A stretch of 15,212 nucleotides of DNA from Chthoniobacteraceae bacterium (GCA_031409335.1 JANNWY010000058.1:1-15212); one strand, 5' to 3'; counted from the first letter of the stretch, positions 1-8,024 are shown. Program-made: numbers and translations. Notes: generated by a model not told the origin, from the letters alone.

Positions 1-591
1 TCCAAGGGTGGACAGGCGGCTTTTACAGAAACGATCGAGACGATCCTCGATCACATGAAAAACAATGCGAATTATCCGACGCCCACTCCGGCTTTGCCGG
101 CGGTGGAGGCGGCGTTTGCGGCCTATAAAACGGCGGCGGCGAATGCGGCTCAGGGCGGGCGGGAAAATACGGCGATCCGCGATGCGCGGCGGGCCGAGCT
201 GGAGGTGATGATTCGCCAACTGGCGAGCTATGTGAATGCGACGGCGAATGGCGATATGGCGAAGCTGCTGAGCAGCGGCTTTCCGGTGCAAAAGGCGGTG
301 CGGACGCCGATCGGGCCGCTGCTGGCGCCGGGCGCGCCGACGGTGACGCAGGGTGCGGTCTCGGGGATGCTCGCGGCGGTGGCCTCGCCGGTGTACGGGG
401 CTTCGAGCTATAACTGGAGCGTGGCGCTGGCTTCCGCACCGGAGGGGGAGGTGCAGGTGGCGCAGACGACGGGGGCGCGGGCGCACTTCACCGGGCTGAC
501 GCCGGGCAAGGTGTATCAAATCTCGCTGAATGCGGTGGGCTCGGCGGGGTTGAGCAATTGGAGCGACACCGGGAGCCTGATGGTGATCTGA
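1..591 (+). CDS. Fibronectin type III domain-containing protein, 5'-truncated by the window edge
   Basis: Frame 1 is open from base 1 (SKGGQAAFTETIETILDHMKNN...) to TGA at 589-591, so the true start probably lies upstream. The C-terminal part has an Fn3-like pattern (ASSYNW...FTGLTPGKVYQISLNAVGSAGLSNWSD). Codons are strongly GC3-biased and a terminator follows. Confidence 0.75.
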   Translation, partial: SKGGQAAFTETIETILDHMKNNANYPTPTPALPAVEAAFAAYKTAAANAAQGGRENTAIRDARRAELEVMIRQLASYVNATANGDMAKLLSSGFPVQKAVRTPIGPLLAPGAPTVTQGAVSGMLAAVASPVYGASSYNWSVALASAPEGEVQVAQTTGARAHFTGLTPGKVYQISLNAVGSAGLSNWSDTGSLMVI

Positions 592-611
592 GCACGACCA
601 CGAGCAGTCTT

Positions 612-654
612 AAAAAGAGCGGCGTGTTCAGAGATGAGCGCGCCGCTTTTTTTT
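612..654 (+). terminator. Rho-independent terminator, probably bidirectional
   Basis: Stem agcggcgtgttca (618-630) / tgagcgcgccgct (635-647) with two G-U pairs and a GAGA (GNRA) loop, followed by T8 (647-654) and preceded by A5 (612-616). Starts 21 nt after the Fn3 stop. Confidence 0.9.
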
Positions 655-716
655 GCGAGTGGGTTTGTGGAAAGGGTGTGATGAAAAGTGGTGCAAGCTC
701 CGAGGCCAACGGTCTC

Positions 717-758
717 TGGACGTTGAGCGTTGGAAGTTGAAAGTTGGACGTTGAGCCC
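717..758 (+). repeat. 7-bp tandem repeat array, 6 units, consensus TGRRMGT
   Basis: tggacgt tgagcgt tggaagt tgaaagt tggacgt tgagccc. Confidence 0.9.
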
Positions 759-812
759 CGCGCAGCGGCGGTGGAACTTTGATTGCGCCTGTAGATGTCC
801 GGGGTGCCTGCG

Positions 813-854
813 GCGCTCAACGTTCAACTTCCAACGTCCAACTCCCAACTTTCA
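813..854 (-). repeat. 7-bp tandem repeat array, 6 units, inverted copy of 717-758
   Basis: Plus strand gcgctca acgttca acttcca acgtcca actccca actttca; each unit is the reverse complement of a TGRRMGT-like unit. Confidence 0.9.
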
Positions 855-966
855 AAGACCTCCTGTGCTTCCGCACTTGCACCACTTTGAATCACACTCT
901 TCCTTGAAAGGGAAAGGCGGGGCGTGACTGCCATTTCTCCCGATCCCATTCGCGGGTTTCGCGGGA

Positions 967-1025
967 TGTGGTTGGAAGTGGGTCCAATCATCGGGACCAA
1001 CGGCCCGGACCCACTTTCAATCGCA
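967..1025 (+). repeat. 19-bp inverted repeat / hairpin
   Basis: tgtggttggaagtgggtcc (967-985) pairs with ggacccactttcaatcgca (1007-1025): 16 Watson-Crick plus 3 G-U pairs, 21-nt loop. Confidence 0.8.
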
Positions 1026-1161
1026 CCGGGCCGCACAAAAATACCACAATCGGGTGACGATTGCGTGCCGTTTCGTGGATTTGCGTTGTCACGGAAATGA
1101 ATCGCGTTAAAGGAAAACTCCGCGTGCGCATTTCTTTTCAGCGCTCGCCGCGGAATACTCC

Positions 1162-4100
1162 TTGAAGACTTTACCCCAGATCAGGCGAACCGTCTTTCGG
1201 CGGACATGGGCGGCGTATCTGACGCTCGCCTTTGCGCTCCTGCCTGCCTTCGCCCCGGCGCAGCAGCCAGTCGGGAAATCCGAGGCGCAGATCCTCGCCG
1301 AGATTTACAACGCGGCGATGAAGGCGTTTCAGGCGGGCAATTGGAGCGAGGCGGCGAGTGGGCTGGAGAAGCTGATCAAGATGGTGCCGAATGAAGGCCA
1401 GGCGCAGATTCACCCGGCTTACCTGACGCTCGGCGCGGCTTACTACAACCTGCCGAATTTCCCGAAGGCGATCGAGGTCTTCACCGGATTCATCACGCGC
1501 TTTCCAAACGCGGAGCGGCTCATGGACGCGAAGCTCGGGCTCGGGCAGACGCATCTCGCGGCGAAGAATTACGACGAGGCGATCAAGGTGTTTGTGGCGC
1601 TGGAAAATGTGGCGGCGGTGCGCGAGCGGGCGCTCGGCTCGCAGGCGCTGGCTTACAGACTTCAAAAGAAAATCGACGACGCGATCCGCGTGCTGGAGAA
1701 GCTCGTGGGCGCGGACATCAAGACGACGCCGCAGGCAAATGGCGCGGTGATGCTGGTCGAGCTTTACGTGGAAAAAAATGAGACGGCCAAGGCGTCGGCG
1801 CTGCTGGAAATGCTCCAGGCGCGGATCGCGATCATCGACAATCTGGTGACGCTGAACACCGTGGCGATGAAGCTGGCGGATGGGTTTGCCGACAAAAAAA
1901 TGTATGGCGAGGCGATCAGTTGCTACCGGCTGATCCGTTCGCGCGATGAGATCATCCGCTTCCAGACCGACCGCATCGCGAAAATCGAAAAGCTGATCTC
2001 GTACAACGCGAACGTGGGTCCGGCGGACCCGGCACGCTACGTCGCCGCGCAGCAGCAGAATAATTTGCTGAAGAATGCGGTGGAGGATTCCAAACAACTG
2101 CTCGCGGGATTCAGCAAGCTGCCGGACTACGCGTCGGCGATGATGTTCCGCGTCGCGCGCTGCTGGAATGAGTGGGACAAAAGGTGGGAGGCGCTGGTCA
2201 TTTACAAGCGATTGCTCGCTGAATTTCCAACGGCGGAAGAGCGCGAGCCCGCGATGTTCGACATCGTGGCGACGCTCGGGGATTTGAATCGCATCAAAAG
2301 CACGCAGGCCGCGTGTGAGGCTTATCTAAAGGAATTTCCGAACGGCGAAAACGCGGGCACGGTGGGATACATGAGCGGAGCGGTGGCGCTGCAGGCGGGG
2401 GATTATCCCGGCGCGGAATCGTTCTTCACGACGATGCTGGAGCGGCAGCCGAAGAGCACCTATCGCGGCACGATGATGTATCTGCTCGGCAATGCGAAAT
2501 TCGCGCAGGGCCGGTATGACGACGCGAATGCCGATTACGAAAAGTATCTTCAGGCGTTTCCCGAAGGCACCACGGACGGCGCGGCCGGACTTTTCGGCAT
2601 CGGCGGAAGTCACGCGGAGGAATGCACGTTCCGACTCGCGGTGAGCCAGGTTTTCCTCGGCCACTATGAAAAGGCGCTCGAACGGCTGAACGCTTACGTC
2701 GCGAAATATCCGAAGGGATTTTTCCTGCCGGATGCGAAGTATCGCATCGCGATCTGCTACTACGCGGCGTCGCAGTACGAAGACGTGGTGACGCAGTGCG
2801 AGGCGTGGTCGCGCGAGTTTCCCGAAGATCAGATGGACGGCGAAGTGCAGGCGCTGCTCGGGGACGCGCACGCGGCGCTCGGACATCGGGAGCCGGCGGT
2901 GACCGCTTACGTGCGCTCTTACAAAAAAGCGGGCACGGACGAGGTGCTGAACTATTCGCTCTTCGAGGCGAGCAAGCACATGCAGAAACTCGGCCGGTGG
3001 GATGATGTGGGGAAGCTGTTCACGGAGTTCGTTGCGGAAAAGCCGGATCATCCGGCGGTGGTGGCGGCGATGTATTGGATCGCGAAGGCGCGGGCGAAGG
3101 AGGGTCGCGGCGATGAGGCGAAGCAGTTGCTCGTCGAGAATTTGAAGAAATACATCGCCGAGCCGAAGCGCGAGGCGGTGGAGCAATTGCTCTCGCAGAT
3201 GGCGCAACTTTGCTCAAAGCAGGTGCGGAGCGCGGCGGGAAGTAGCGCAGCCGCCCCGGCTGCCGATGGTCCGCCGGGCGCCCCGCCCGGCGAACGAACT
3301 GCGGGCGCGGCGCCCGCGGAACCGGCGGCAGGCGAGGCGCCTGCGGAACTGGCAGCAGGCGGGGTGCCTGCGGAACTGGCAGCAGGCGGGGCGCCTGCCC
3401 TACTTCCTCCGTACGATCCATTCGCGGAACTCGCAAAGCAGCTCAAACCGATCGACGACACGGCCACTCCTGCGATCAAGGCGCGGCTGATGTTTGCGCA
3501 GGCCGAGATGGCGACGATCAAGAAGCAGCCCGCGATGCGGGAGAAAATCCTGCGCGAGATGTCGGACCGCTTCAAACCCGAGGAGCTGAGCCCTCCCCTG
3601 CTCGCGCTGATCGGCGACTTTCTGCTCGAACACGGCGAGCCGGAGCGGGCGGCGAAGCTGTTTGATTTGATGCGCGAAAATTTTCCAAAGAGCGATCACC
3701 TGGATGTCGCGTACGTCGGCCTTGGCGAGATCGCGTTCGCGAAAAAAGAGTACGACAAGGCGCTGAAACTTTTCTCGGACGGGCTGGATACCGTGACCGC
3801 TTCGATGAAGATGAAGGAGGCGACGATCGGGAAGGCGAAGACGCTGATGGAACTCGGGAAGCTCGATGAATCGAAGAAGCTGTTCGAGCAAGTGGCATCC
3901 ATCCGCGAATGGCGCGGCGATGCCACGGCGCTGGCGGTGTTCTCGCTCGGCGAGATCGAGGCGCGGCAGAATCGGTTTCCCGAAGCGATTGCATTTTACC
4001 GCCGCGTGTTTGTCGCATATCAAAAATATCTGCCGTGGGTCGCGAAGTCGTATCTCAGGGCAGCCGACTCCTTTGAAAAAATGGGCAAACGACAAGACGC

Positions 4101-4206
4101 CATCGAAAACCTCCGGGACATGCTCCGCAACGAGAAGCTGCGTGAACTGCCGGAAACACAACAGGCCCGCAAACGCCTCGAAGAATGGGGAGTCGCACAA
4201 GGATGA
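1162..4206 (+). CDS. Large exported tetratricopeptide-repeat protein (BamD/CpoB-like TPR arrays), 1014 aa
   Basis: Long ORF with TTG start and a Sec-type signal peptide (RRTWAAYLTLAFALLPAFAPA-QQ). Many TPR units of the 'A..lG..y...g.y..A...f..fl..fP' type (AYLTLGAAYYNLPNFPKAIEVFTGFITRFP; MMYLLGNAKFAQGRYDDANADYEKYLQAFP). ATGA overlap with the next gene. Exact start uncertain. Confidence 0.85.
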   Translation: MKTLPQIRRTVFRRTWAAYLTLAFALLPAFAPAQQPVGKSEAQILAEIYNAAMKAFQAGNWSEAASGLEKLIKMVPNEGQAQIHPAYLTLGAAYYNLPNFPKAIEVFTGFITRFPNAERLMDAKLGLGQTHLAAKNYDEAIKVFVALENVAAVRERALGSQALAYRLQKKIDDAIRVLEKLVGADIKTTPQANGAVMLVELYVEKNETAKASALLEMLQARIAIIDNLVTLNTVAMKLADGFADKKMYGEAISCYRLIRSRDEIIRFQTDRIAKIEKLISYNANVGPADPARYVAAQQQNNLLKNAVEDSKQLLAGFSKLPDYASAMMFRVARCWNEWDKRWEALVIYKRLLAEFPTAEEREPAMFDIVATLGDLNRIKSTQAACEAYLKEFPNGENAGTVGYMSGAVALQAGDYPGAESFFTTMLERQPKSTYRGTMMYLLGNAKFAQGRYDDANADYEKYLQAFPEGTTDGAAGLFGIGGSHAEECTFRLAVSQVFLGHYEKALERLNAYVAKYPKGFFLPDAKYRIAICYYAASQYEDVVTQCEAWSREFPEDQMDGEVQALLGDAHAALGHREPAVTAYVRSYKKAGTDEVLNYSLFEASKHMQKLGRWDDVGKLFTEFVAEKPDHPAVVAAMYWIAKARAKEGRGDEAKQLLVENLKKYIAEPKREAVEQLLSQMAQLCSKQVRSAAGSSAAAPAADGPPGAPPGERTAGAAPAEPAAGEAPAELAAGGVPAELAAGGAPALLPPYDPFAELAKQLKPIDDTATPAIKARLMFAQAEMATIKKQPAMREKILREMSDRFKPEELSPPLLALIGDFLLEHGEPERAAKLFDLMRENFPKSDHLDVAYVGLGEIAFAKKEYDKALKLFSDGLDTVTASMKMKEATIGKAKTLMELGKLDESKKLFEQVASIREWRGDATALAVFSLGEIEARQNRFPEAIAFYRRVFVAYQKYLPWVAKSYLRAADSFEKMGKRQDAIENLRDMLRNEKLRELPETQQARKRLEEWGVAQG
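3310..3398 (+). repeat. In-frame 27-bp tandem repeat (~3.3 units) in an Ala/Pro/Gly linker
   Basis: gcgcccgcggaaccggcggcaggcgag / gcgcctgcggaactggcagcaggcggg / gtgcctgcggaactggcagcaggcggg / gcgcctgc, encoding APAEPAAGE-APAELAAGG-VPAELAAGG-APA. Confidence 0.9.
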
Positions 4207-5114
4207 AAACACTCTGCATCATTCCACTGCTCGTCGGAGCGACGCTCGCCGCCCGCGCGGATATCACCATTCAAAAAAAGGATGGCACCGCGCAGGTCGC
4301 CAAAGCACTGCGCAGGGAGAAGGACAACATCATCGCGACGATCGACATCCCACCGGCCAAACCCGGCGACGCCGTGCAGACCGGGGACATCGGGCTGCCG
4401 ATCGCGCAAATCGCGAAAATTGAATTTGGCGAACCTGCCGCGCTGAAGACTGCGCCGGAGCTGCTGATCAAGGGCAAGGGCGATGAAGCGATGGCGCAGA
4501 TCGATCTCGCGTTGAAATACTACGCCGGTTTTCGCGACGCGCCCGGGAGCTGGTGGGCGGATCTTTTACTGATGAAAATGAACGCGCTCGTGAGCCTCGG
4601 GCGCGAAAAGGAGGCGGATGCGCTCGCGGAAAGCATGAACGGACAAAGCACCGATCCCGAGTCGAAACGCGCCGCGAAAGTGCTGCTCGCATCCTCGACG
4701 CTGCGCAAAGGCGACGCGAAGTCCGCGGCCGTATCGCTCGACGCCGTGCTGAAAGACGGGGCGAAACCGGACGTGCTCGCTGCCGCCGCAATTTACAAGG
4801 GGCAAACGCTGCTCGTGCTGAAAGACTGGGAAAACGCGCTGCTCAGTTTCCTGCAAGTGCCCGTGCTTTACCCCGAGCAAAAGGCGCTCGCGCCAGCCTC
4901 GATGCTCGGCGTGGGACGCGCCCATTTCGGGCTGGAGGATTTCGAGGCGGCGAAAAGAACGCTAAGGGAATTGATGAAGACTTTCAAAGGCACGCCTGAA
5001 GCCATCGCCGGGAAGGCAGAAATGGAGGCCATCGCGAAACGCGAAAAAGCTCTCTCCGATCCGACGGCCCGTAAAGACCTGACGGCCCCGCCCAACGCGC
5101 CCGCCCCGAATTAA
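4203..5114 (+). CDS. Exported TPR protein (CpoB/YbgF-like C-terminal TPRs), 303 aa
   Basis: ATG 4203 overlaps the upstream TGA (ATGA) and gives a clean signal peptide MKTLCIIPLLVGATLAARA-D, so I prefer it to the track start at 4185. TPR-like C-terminus (AAIYKGQTLLVLKDWENALLSFLQVPVLYP; SMLGVGRAHFGLEDFEAAKRTLRELMKTF). Confidence 0.8.
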   Translation: MKTLCIIPLLVGATLAARADITIQKKDGTAQVAKALRREKDNIIATIDIPPAKPGDAVQTGDIGLPIAQIAKIEFGEPAALKTAPELLIKGKGDEAMAQIDLALKYYAGFRDAPGSWWADLLLMKMNALVSLGREKEADALAESMNGQSTDPESKRAAKVLLASSTLRKGDAKSAAVSLDAVLKDGAKPDVLAAAAIYKGQTLLVLKDWENALLSFLQVPVLYPEQKALAPASMLGVGRAHFGLEDFEAAKRTLRELMKTFKGTPEAIAGKAEMEAIAKREKALSDPTARKDLTAPPNAPAPN

Positions 5115-5141
5115 CCGCAATTTTCCCCAACCCACGAACCC

Positions 5142-5966
5142 ATGAAGCTGAAACAAATTTACCTTTTCTCCATCCTCCTCGCCGGCCTGCTCGTTTTTGT
5201 CGGCGGGCTGCAAGCGCAGGAGGCCACACCGGCAAAACCGTCGGTCTCGGAAACGGCGCCCATTCGCAACAAAACGCTGATGCACCAGATCAAGGAAGGC
5301 GGCTGGGTGATGATCCCGATCGCGGCGTGCTCGATTCTGATGGTTTACCTCATCATCGACGGCGTCCTGCGGACCAGTCCGAAAAAGGCGCTCCCGGCCG
5401 AGCACGTCGAGTCGGTGAAGAGCCTGTTCCGCCAGGGCGATTACGTCGGCGCTTACAACTGCTGCAAATCGAATCCGTCACCTTTCACCAATGTCTGCCG
5501 CGTCGCGGTAAGCCAGTTGGGCGAAGGAAAGACCGCCGTCGAGGAGGGAATTTATTCGGAAATCTCGAAGGAGAATTCCCGGATGCAGACTTACATCAGC
5601 TACCTTTCCGTCATCGGCGTCTGCGCACCGATGATCGGGCTGCTCGGCACGGTGACGGGAATGATGTCGGCGTTTTCCACCCTCGGCACATCTGGCATCG
5701 GCGATCCATCGAGCCTCTCGGCAGCGATCGGCGAAGTGCTCACCGCGACGGCTTCCGGCCTGTTCATCGCGATCCCGGCGTTCGGCTTTTACTACTACCT
5801 GCGCAGCCGTGCGGCGAAGATATTGCACGACATCCAGGACACGATGGCGAGCCTGCTGCGCAAGATGCCTTACGATCAAATCGCCGGCGCACACATCGGC
5901 GACGAGGAGCTTTACGCTGCCACGCCAAACTGGATTTCCGCGAGCCAGGCAGCCGCGCAGGCTTAA
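5142..5966 (+). CDS. exbB: MotA/TolQ/ExbB proton channel family protein
   Basis: GGWVMIPI first TM, APMIGLLGTVTGM (TM2) and IGEVLTATASGLFIAIPA (TM3) signatures. Cleavable-looking N-terminal signal (GLQA-QE). Followed by two exbD genes. Confidence 0.92.
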   Translation: MKLKQIYLFSILLAGLLVFVGGLQAQEATPAKPSVSETAPIRNKTLMHQIKEGGWVMIPIAACSILMVYLIIDGVLRTSPKKALPAEHVESVKSLFRQGDYVGAYNCCKSNPSPFTNVCRVAVSQLGEGKTAVEEGIYSEISKENSRMQTYISYLSVIGVCAPMIGLLGTVTGMMSAFSTLGTSGIGDPSSLSAAIGEVLTATASGLFIAIPAFGFYYYLRSRAAKILHDIQDTMASLLRKMPYDQIAGAHIGDEELYAATPNWISASQAAAQA

Positions 5967-6008
5967 CGGCAGTTTTTTGACGAACCATGAACCGGAGGAG
6001 CTACTAAC

Positions 6009-6464
6009 ATGGCCGGCGGTGGTGGCGGCGAAGGTGAGCCGGAATTCCAGATCGCGCCGATGATCGACGTGCTGCTGGTGCTGCTCATTTTTTTCATGAG
6101 CATCACCACCGCGCAGGTCTTGAAGGTGGACAAAAACGTGAAACTTCCGCTCGCGCCGAATGCGATCAAGAAAGACACGCAGCGCAGCGAAGTGATCATC
6201 AACGTGCGATGGGATGAAGCGGCGAAGAAGGCCAACTACATCGTCGATGAGAAGGTGTTTTTGGAAACGGGCGAACTGACCAAGGCCGTGACCGCCGCCA
6301 AGTTCGCAGGCGAGACGCGCGTGACGAAATCAGCGAACCCGACTTTCCGCGCGGTGATTCGTGGCGATCGCGACGCCACCGCGATGTATATCTCGCGGGC
6401 CATGAACGCGGCGGCCGAAGCGGGCATCAGCGACATCTCATTTTCCGCGGTGAACAAGGAATGA
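6009..6464 (+). CDS. exbD: ExbD/TolR family protein (copy 1)
   Basis: FQIAPMIDVLLVLLIFFM transmembrane motif with the conserved Asp; C-terminal VIRGDRDA...AGISDISF; SD ggagga just upstream. Confidence 0.92.
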   Translation: MAGGGGGEGEPEFQIAPMIDVLLVLLIFFMSITTAQVLKVDKNVKLPLAPNAIKKDTQRSEVIINVRWDEAAKKANYIVDEKVFLETGELTKAVTAAKFAGETRVTKSANPTFRAVIRGDRDATAMYISRAMNAAAEAGISDISFSAVNKE

Positions 6465-6922
6465 AAAAACCGTCCCGCCGCTTCGATTCATCCGGCGACG
6501 CTGTGCATCTGGGATTCCAGATCGCGCCGATGATCGACGTGGTTTTTGTCATCATGCTGTTCTTCATGGTCATGGCCGGCTCGGTGAAAGTGGAGAAGGA
6601 GCTGAACTCCCAGCTTCCCGGAAATGCCGAGACTTCCGGCGCAACGGATTTCGTGGATGAGCAGATCATCAACATCGCCGAAAATGGCGAGGTGCAGCTC
6701 AACGAAGAACCGATGGACACGGCAGCGAGTCGCGACTTGCCGCAACTCACCGCGACGCTCACCCGGCTGAAAAAAACGGGCGACGAAGCGAAAACGCCAA
6801 CGCTCGTGACCGTCGTGAGCGAGCCGAATGCGAAATACAGCCGCACCGTCGATGTCCTCGATTCGCTCGCCGTTGCGGGCGTTACGAACGTCACCTTCAC
6901 CGTGAGCGATGAAGAACCATGA
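6461..6922 (+). CDS. exbD: ExbD/TolR family protein (copy 2)
   Basis: FQIAPMIDVVFVIMLFFMV with the conserved Asp; C-terminal YSRTVDVLDSLAVAGVTNVTF; ATGA overlap with copy 1. Confidence 0.92.
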   Translation: MKKPSRRFDSSGDAVHLGFQIAPMIDVVFVIMLFFMVMAGSVKVEKELNSQLPGNAETSGATDFVDEQIINIAENGEVQLNEEPMDTAASRDLPQLTATLTRLKKTGDEAKTPTLVTVVSEPNAKYSRTVDVLDSLAVAGVTNVTFTVSDEEP

Positions 6923-6952
6923 GCGTTCTGATTTCTCCAACGACCTAAAATC

Positions 6953-7975
6953 ATGGACGTGATCTCGCCATCCATCCCGATCAAGCCGAGCTTTTGGCAG
7001 AAAGCCACGTCGAGCAAGGTGCTGGTGATCAGCGTCGTCATTCACCTGATCTTTGGCGCGATCGCGACCTACTTCATCGTGCAGCGCATCCAGACGAAAC
7101 GAAAGATGACCTTCCAAGGCGGCCCGCCCGCCGTGAACGCGAGCAAGCGCGCGCTCGAACACAAAATGTCGCTCGGCAAAAAGAAGGCCGTGATGAGCGC
7201 GCCCGCGCAGGCGAAACGCATCATGTCTTCCGGCCTCGCGAAAGTGGCGCTCCCGGATTTGCCATCGCTCCCCTCCTCGACCGATGCCGTGCCAAATCGC
7301 ATGGGTGGAATCGGCGGCGTGGGGAATAGCTTCGGCGGTGGTGGTGGCGGCGGCGGACTCGGTGGCGGCGGCGGTTCGGGCATCAACTTCTTTGGCCTGC
7401 GCTCGATGGTCCAAAGTGTGGTGTTTATCGTCGATGTCTCAAATAGCATGATCTCCGGTGACAAGAATGCGCGGACATACGTCACGCTGGAGAAGGAAGT
7501 TGAAAAAGTGGTGAGCGGGCTCGATCCGCTGGCAAAGTTCGGCCTGATCTGCTTTTCCGCTGACGCCATTCCCTATCGGACCAGCCTTACCAATGCGGTC
7601 GGCTTTGAAAAACGACGCGCGATCGAATGGATGAAAAAGCAAAGCCCCGTGGAAACACTCGACACAAAGCTAAAGGACAAGGCGCTCGAAGACGCTCGGC
7701 ACCGGCACATGGGCACTCATGCGGACGAAGCCCTCAAGCGGGCGTTTGCGATGAAGCCGGACACGATCTTTTTCATCTCGGACGGGGAACCCACCGGCAC
7801 CAGTGGCAGCGACGTCATTAAGGAAGTGAAAGATCTTCAGAAAACGCTGCCGCGTCCCGCGAAAATCCATGTGATCGCATACGTGCCGGATGACGGGCAG
7901 GACTTCATGCGGGAGCTCGCGCGCTCGAACGGCGGGGAATATCGCGTGGTGAATCTCAACGAAGCGGGAAAGTAG
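6953..7975 (+). CDS. Membrane-anchored vWA domain protein with a TonB/TolA-like N-terminal anchor and Gly-rich linker
   Basis: Single TM helix VLVISVVIHLIFGAIATYFIV with SxxxH (7031-7045); Pro/Lys/Ser then Gly-rich linker; vWA MIDAS elements VVFIVDVSNSM (DxSxS at 7433-7447), GT..EAL..AF and IFFISDGEPT; C-terminal FMRELARSNGGEY. Confidence 0.85.
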   Translation: MDVISPSIPIKPSFWQKATSSKVLVISVVIHLIFGAIATYFIVQRIQTKRKMTFQGGPPAVNASKRALEHKMSLGKKKAVMSAPAQAKRIMSSGLAKVALPDLPSLPSSTDAVPNRMGGIGGVGNSFGGGGGGGGLGGGGGSGINFFGLRSMVQSVVFIVDVSNSMISGDKNARTYVTLEKEVEKVVSGLDPLAKFGLICFSADAIPYRTSLTNAVGFEKRRAIEWMKKQSPVETLDTKLKDKALEDARHRHMGTHADEALKRAFAMKPDTIFFISDGEPTGTSGSDVIKEVKDLQKTLPRPAKIHVIAYVPDDGQDFMRELARSNGGEYRVVNLNEAGK

Positions 7976-8008
7976 GCGGGGCGTCAGCGGCGGGAAGAGT
8001 CACGCTGC

Positions 8009-8024
8009 TGGCACGGTTTCGGCT
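8009..8024 (+). promoter_or_regulatory. Putative sigma54 (-24/-12) promoter for fliW-csrA-flagellin
   Basis: TGGCACGGTTTCGGCT has a perfect TGGCAC -24 box and exact GG-N10-GC spacing (consensus TGGCAC-N5-TTGCW; the TT is CG here). It ends 25 nt before the fliW ATG. Confidence 0.65.

Larger units (their letters stand above)
669..903. repeat. Long imperfect inverted repeat (foldback, MITE-like) enclosing inverted heptamer arrays
   Basis: Outer arms 672-697 and 876-901 pair (13-bp perfect core aaagtggtgcaag / cttgcaccacttt plus gtgtgat / atcacac). Inner arms 711-762 and 809-860 pair with scattered mismatches around a ~46-nt loop. Confidence 0.85.

Noticed and set aside
717..854. CRISPR array
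   Set aside because: Units are 7 bp, contiguous and without spacers; no cas genes in the window.
488..1036. Short ORFs across the intergenic region (488-820, 516-848, 558-740, 730-927, 824-1036)
   Set aside because: They are translations of the heptamer repeats and terminator (STFNFQRPTPNFQ, WKLNVER) with no coding-like features.
1040..1161. Promoter or riboswitch upstream of the TPR operon
   Set aside because: A TTGTCA -35-like hexamer is present but no convincing -10 box, and I recognise no riboswitch consensus.
1162..1215. Tat signal in the large TPR protein (RRTVFRR)
   Set aside because: Does not fit S/T-R-R-x-F-L-K spacing; a basic Sec n-region suffices.
6044..6541. Identical 28-nt sequence in both exbD genes (6044-6071 and 6514-6541) as a recombination or conversion site
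   Set aside because: Explained by the conserved FQIAPMIDV motif written in the preferred codons of this region.
5142..6922. Flagellar stator motA/motB, given the neighbouring flagellar genes
   Set aside because: The small subunits are ExbD/TolR-type (PMIDV, ~150 aa) without the OmpA-like peptidoglycan-binding domain of MotB.
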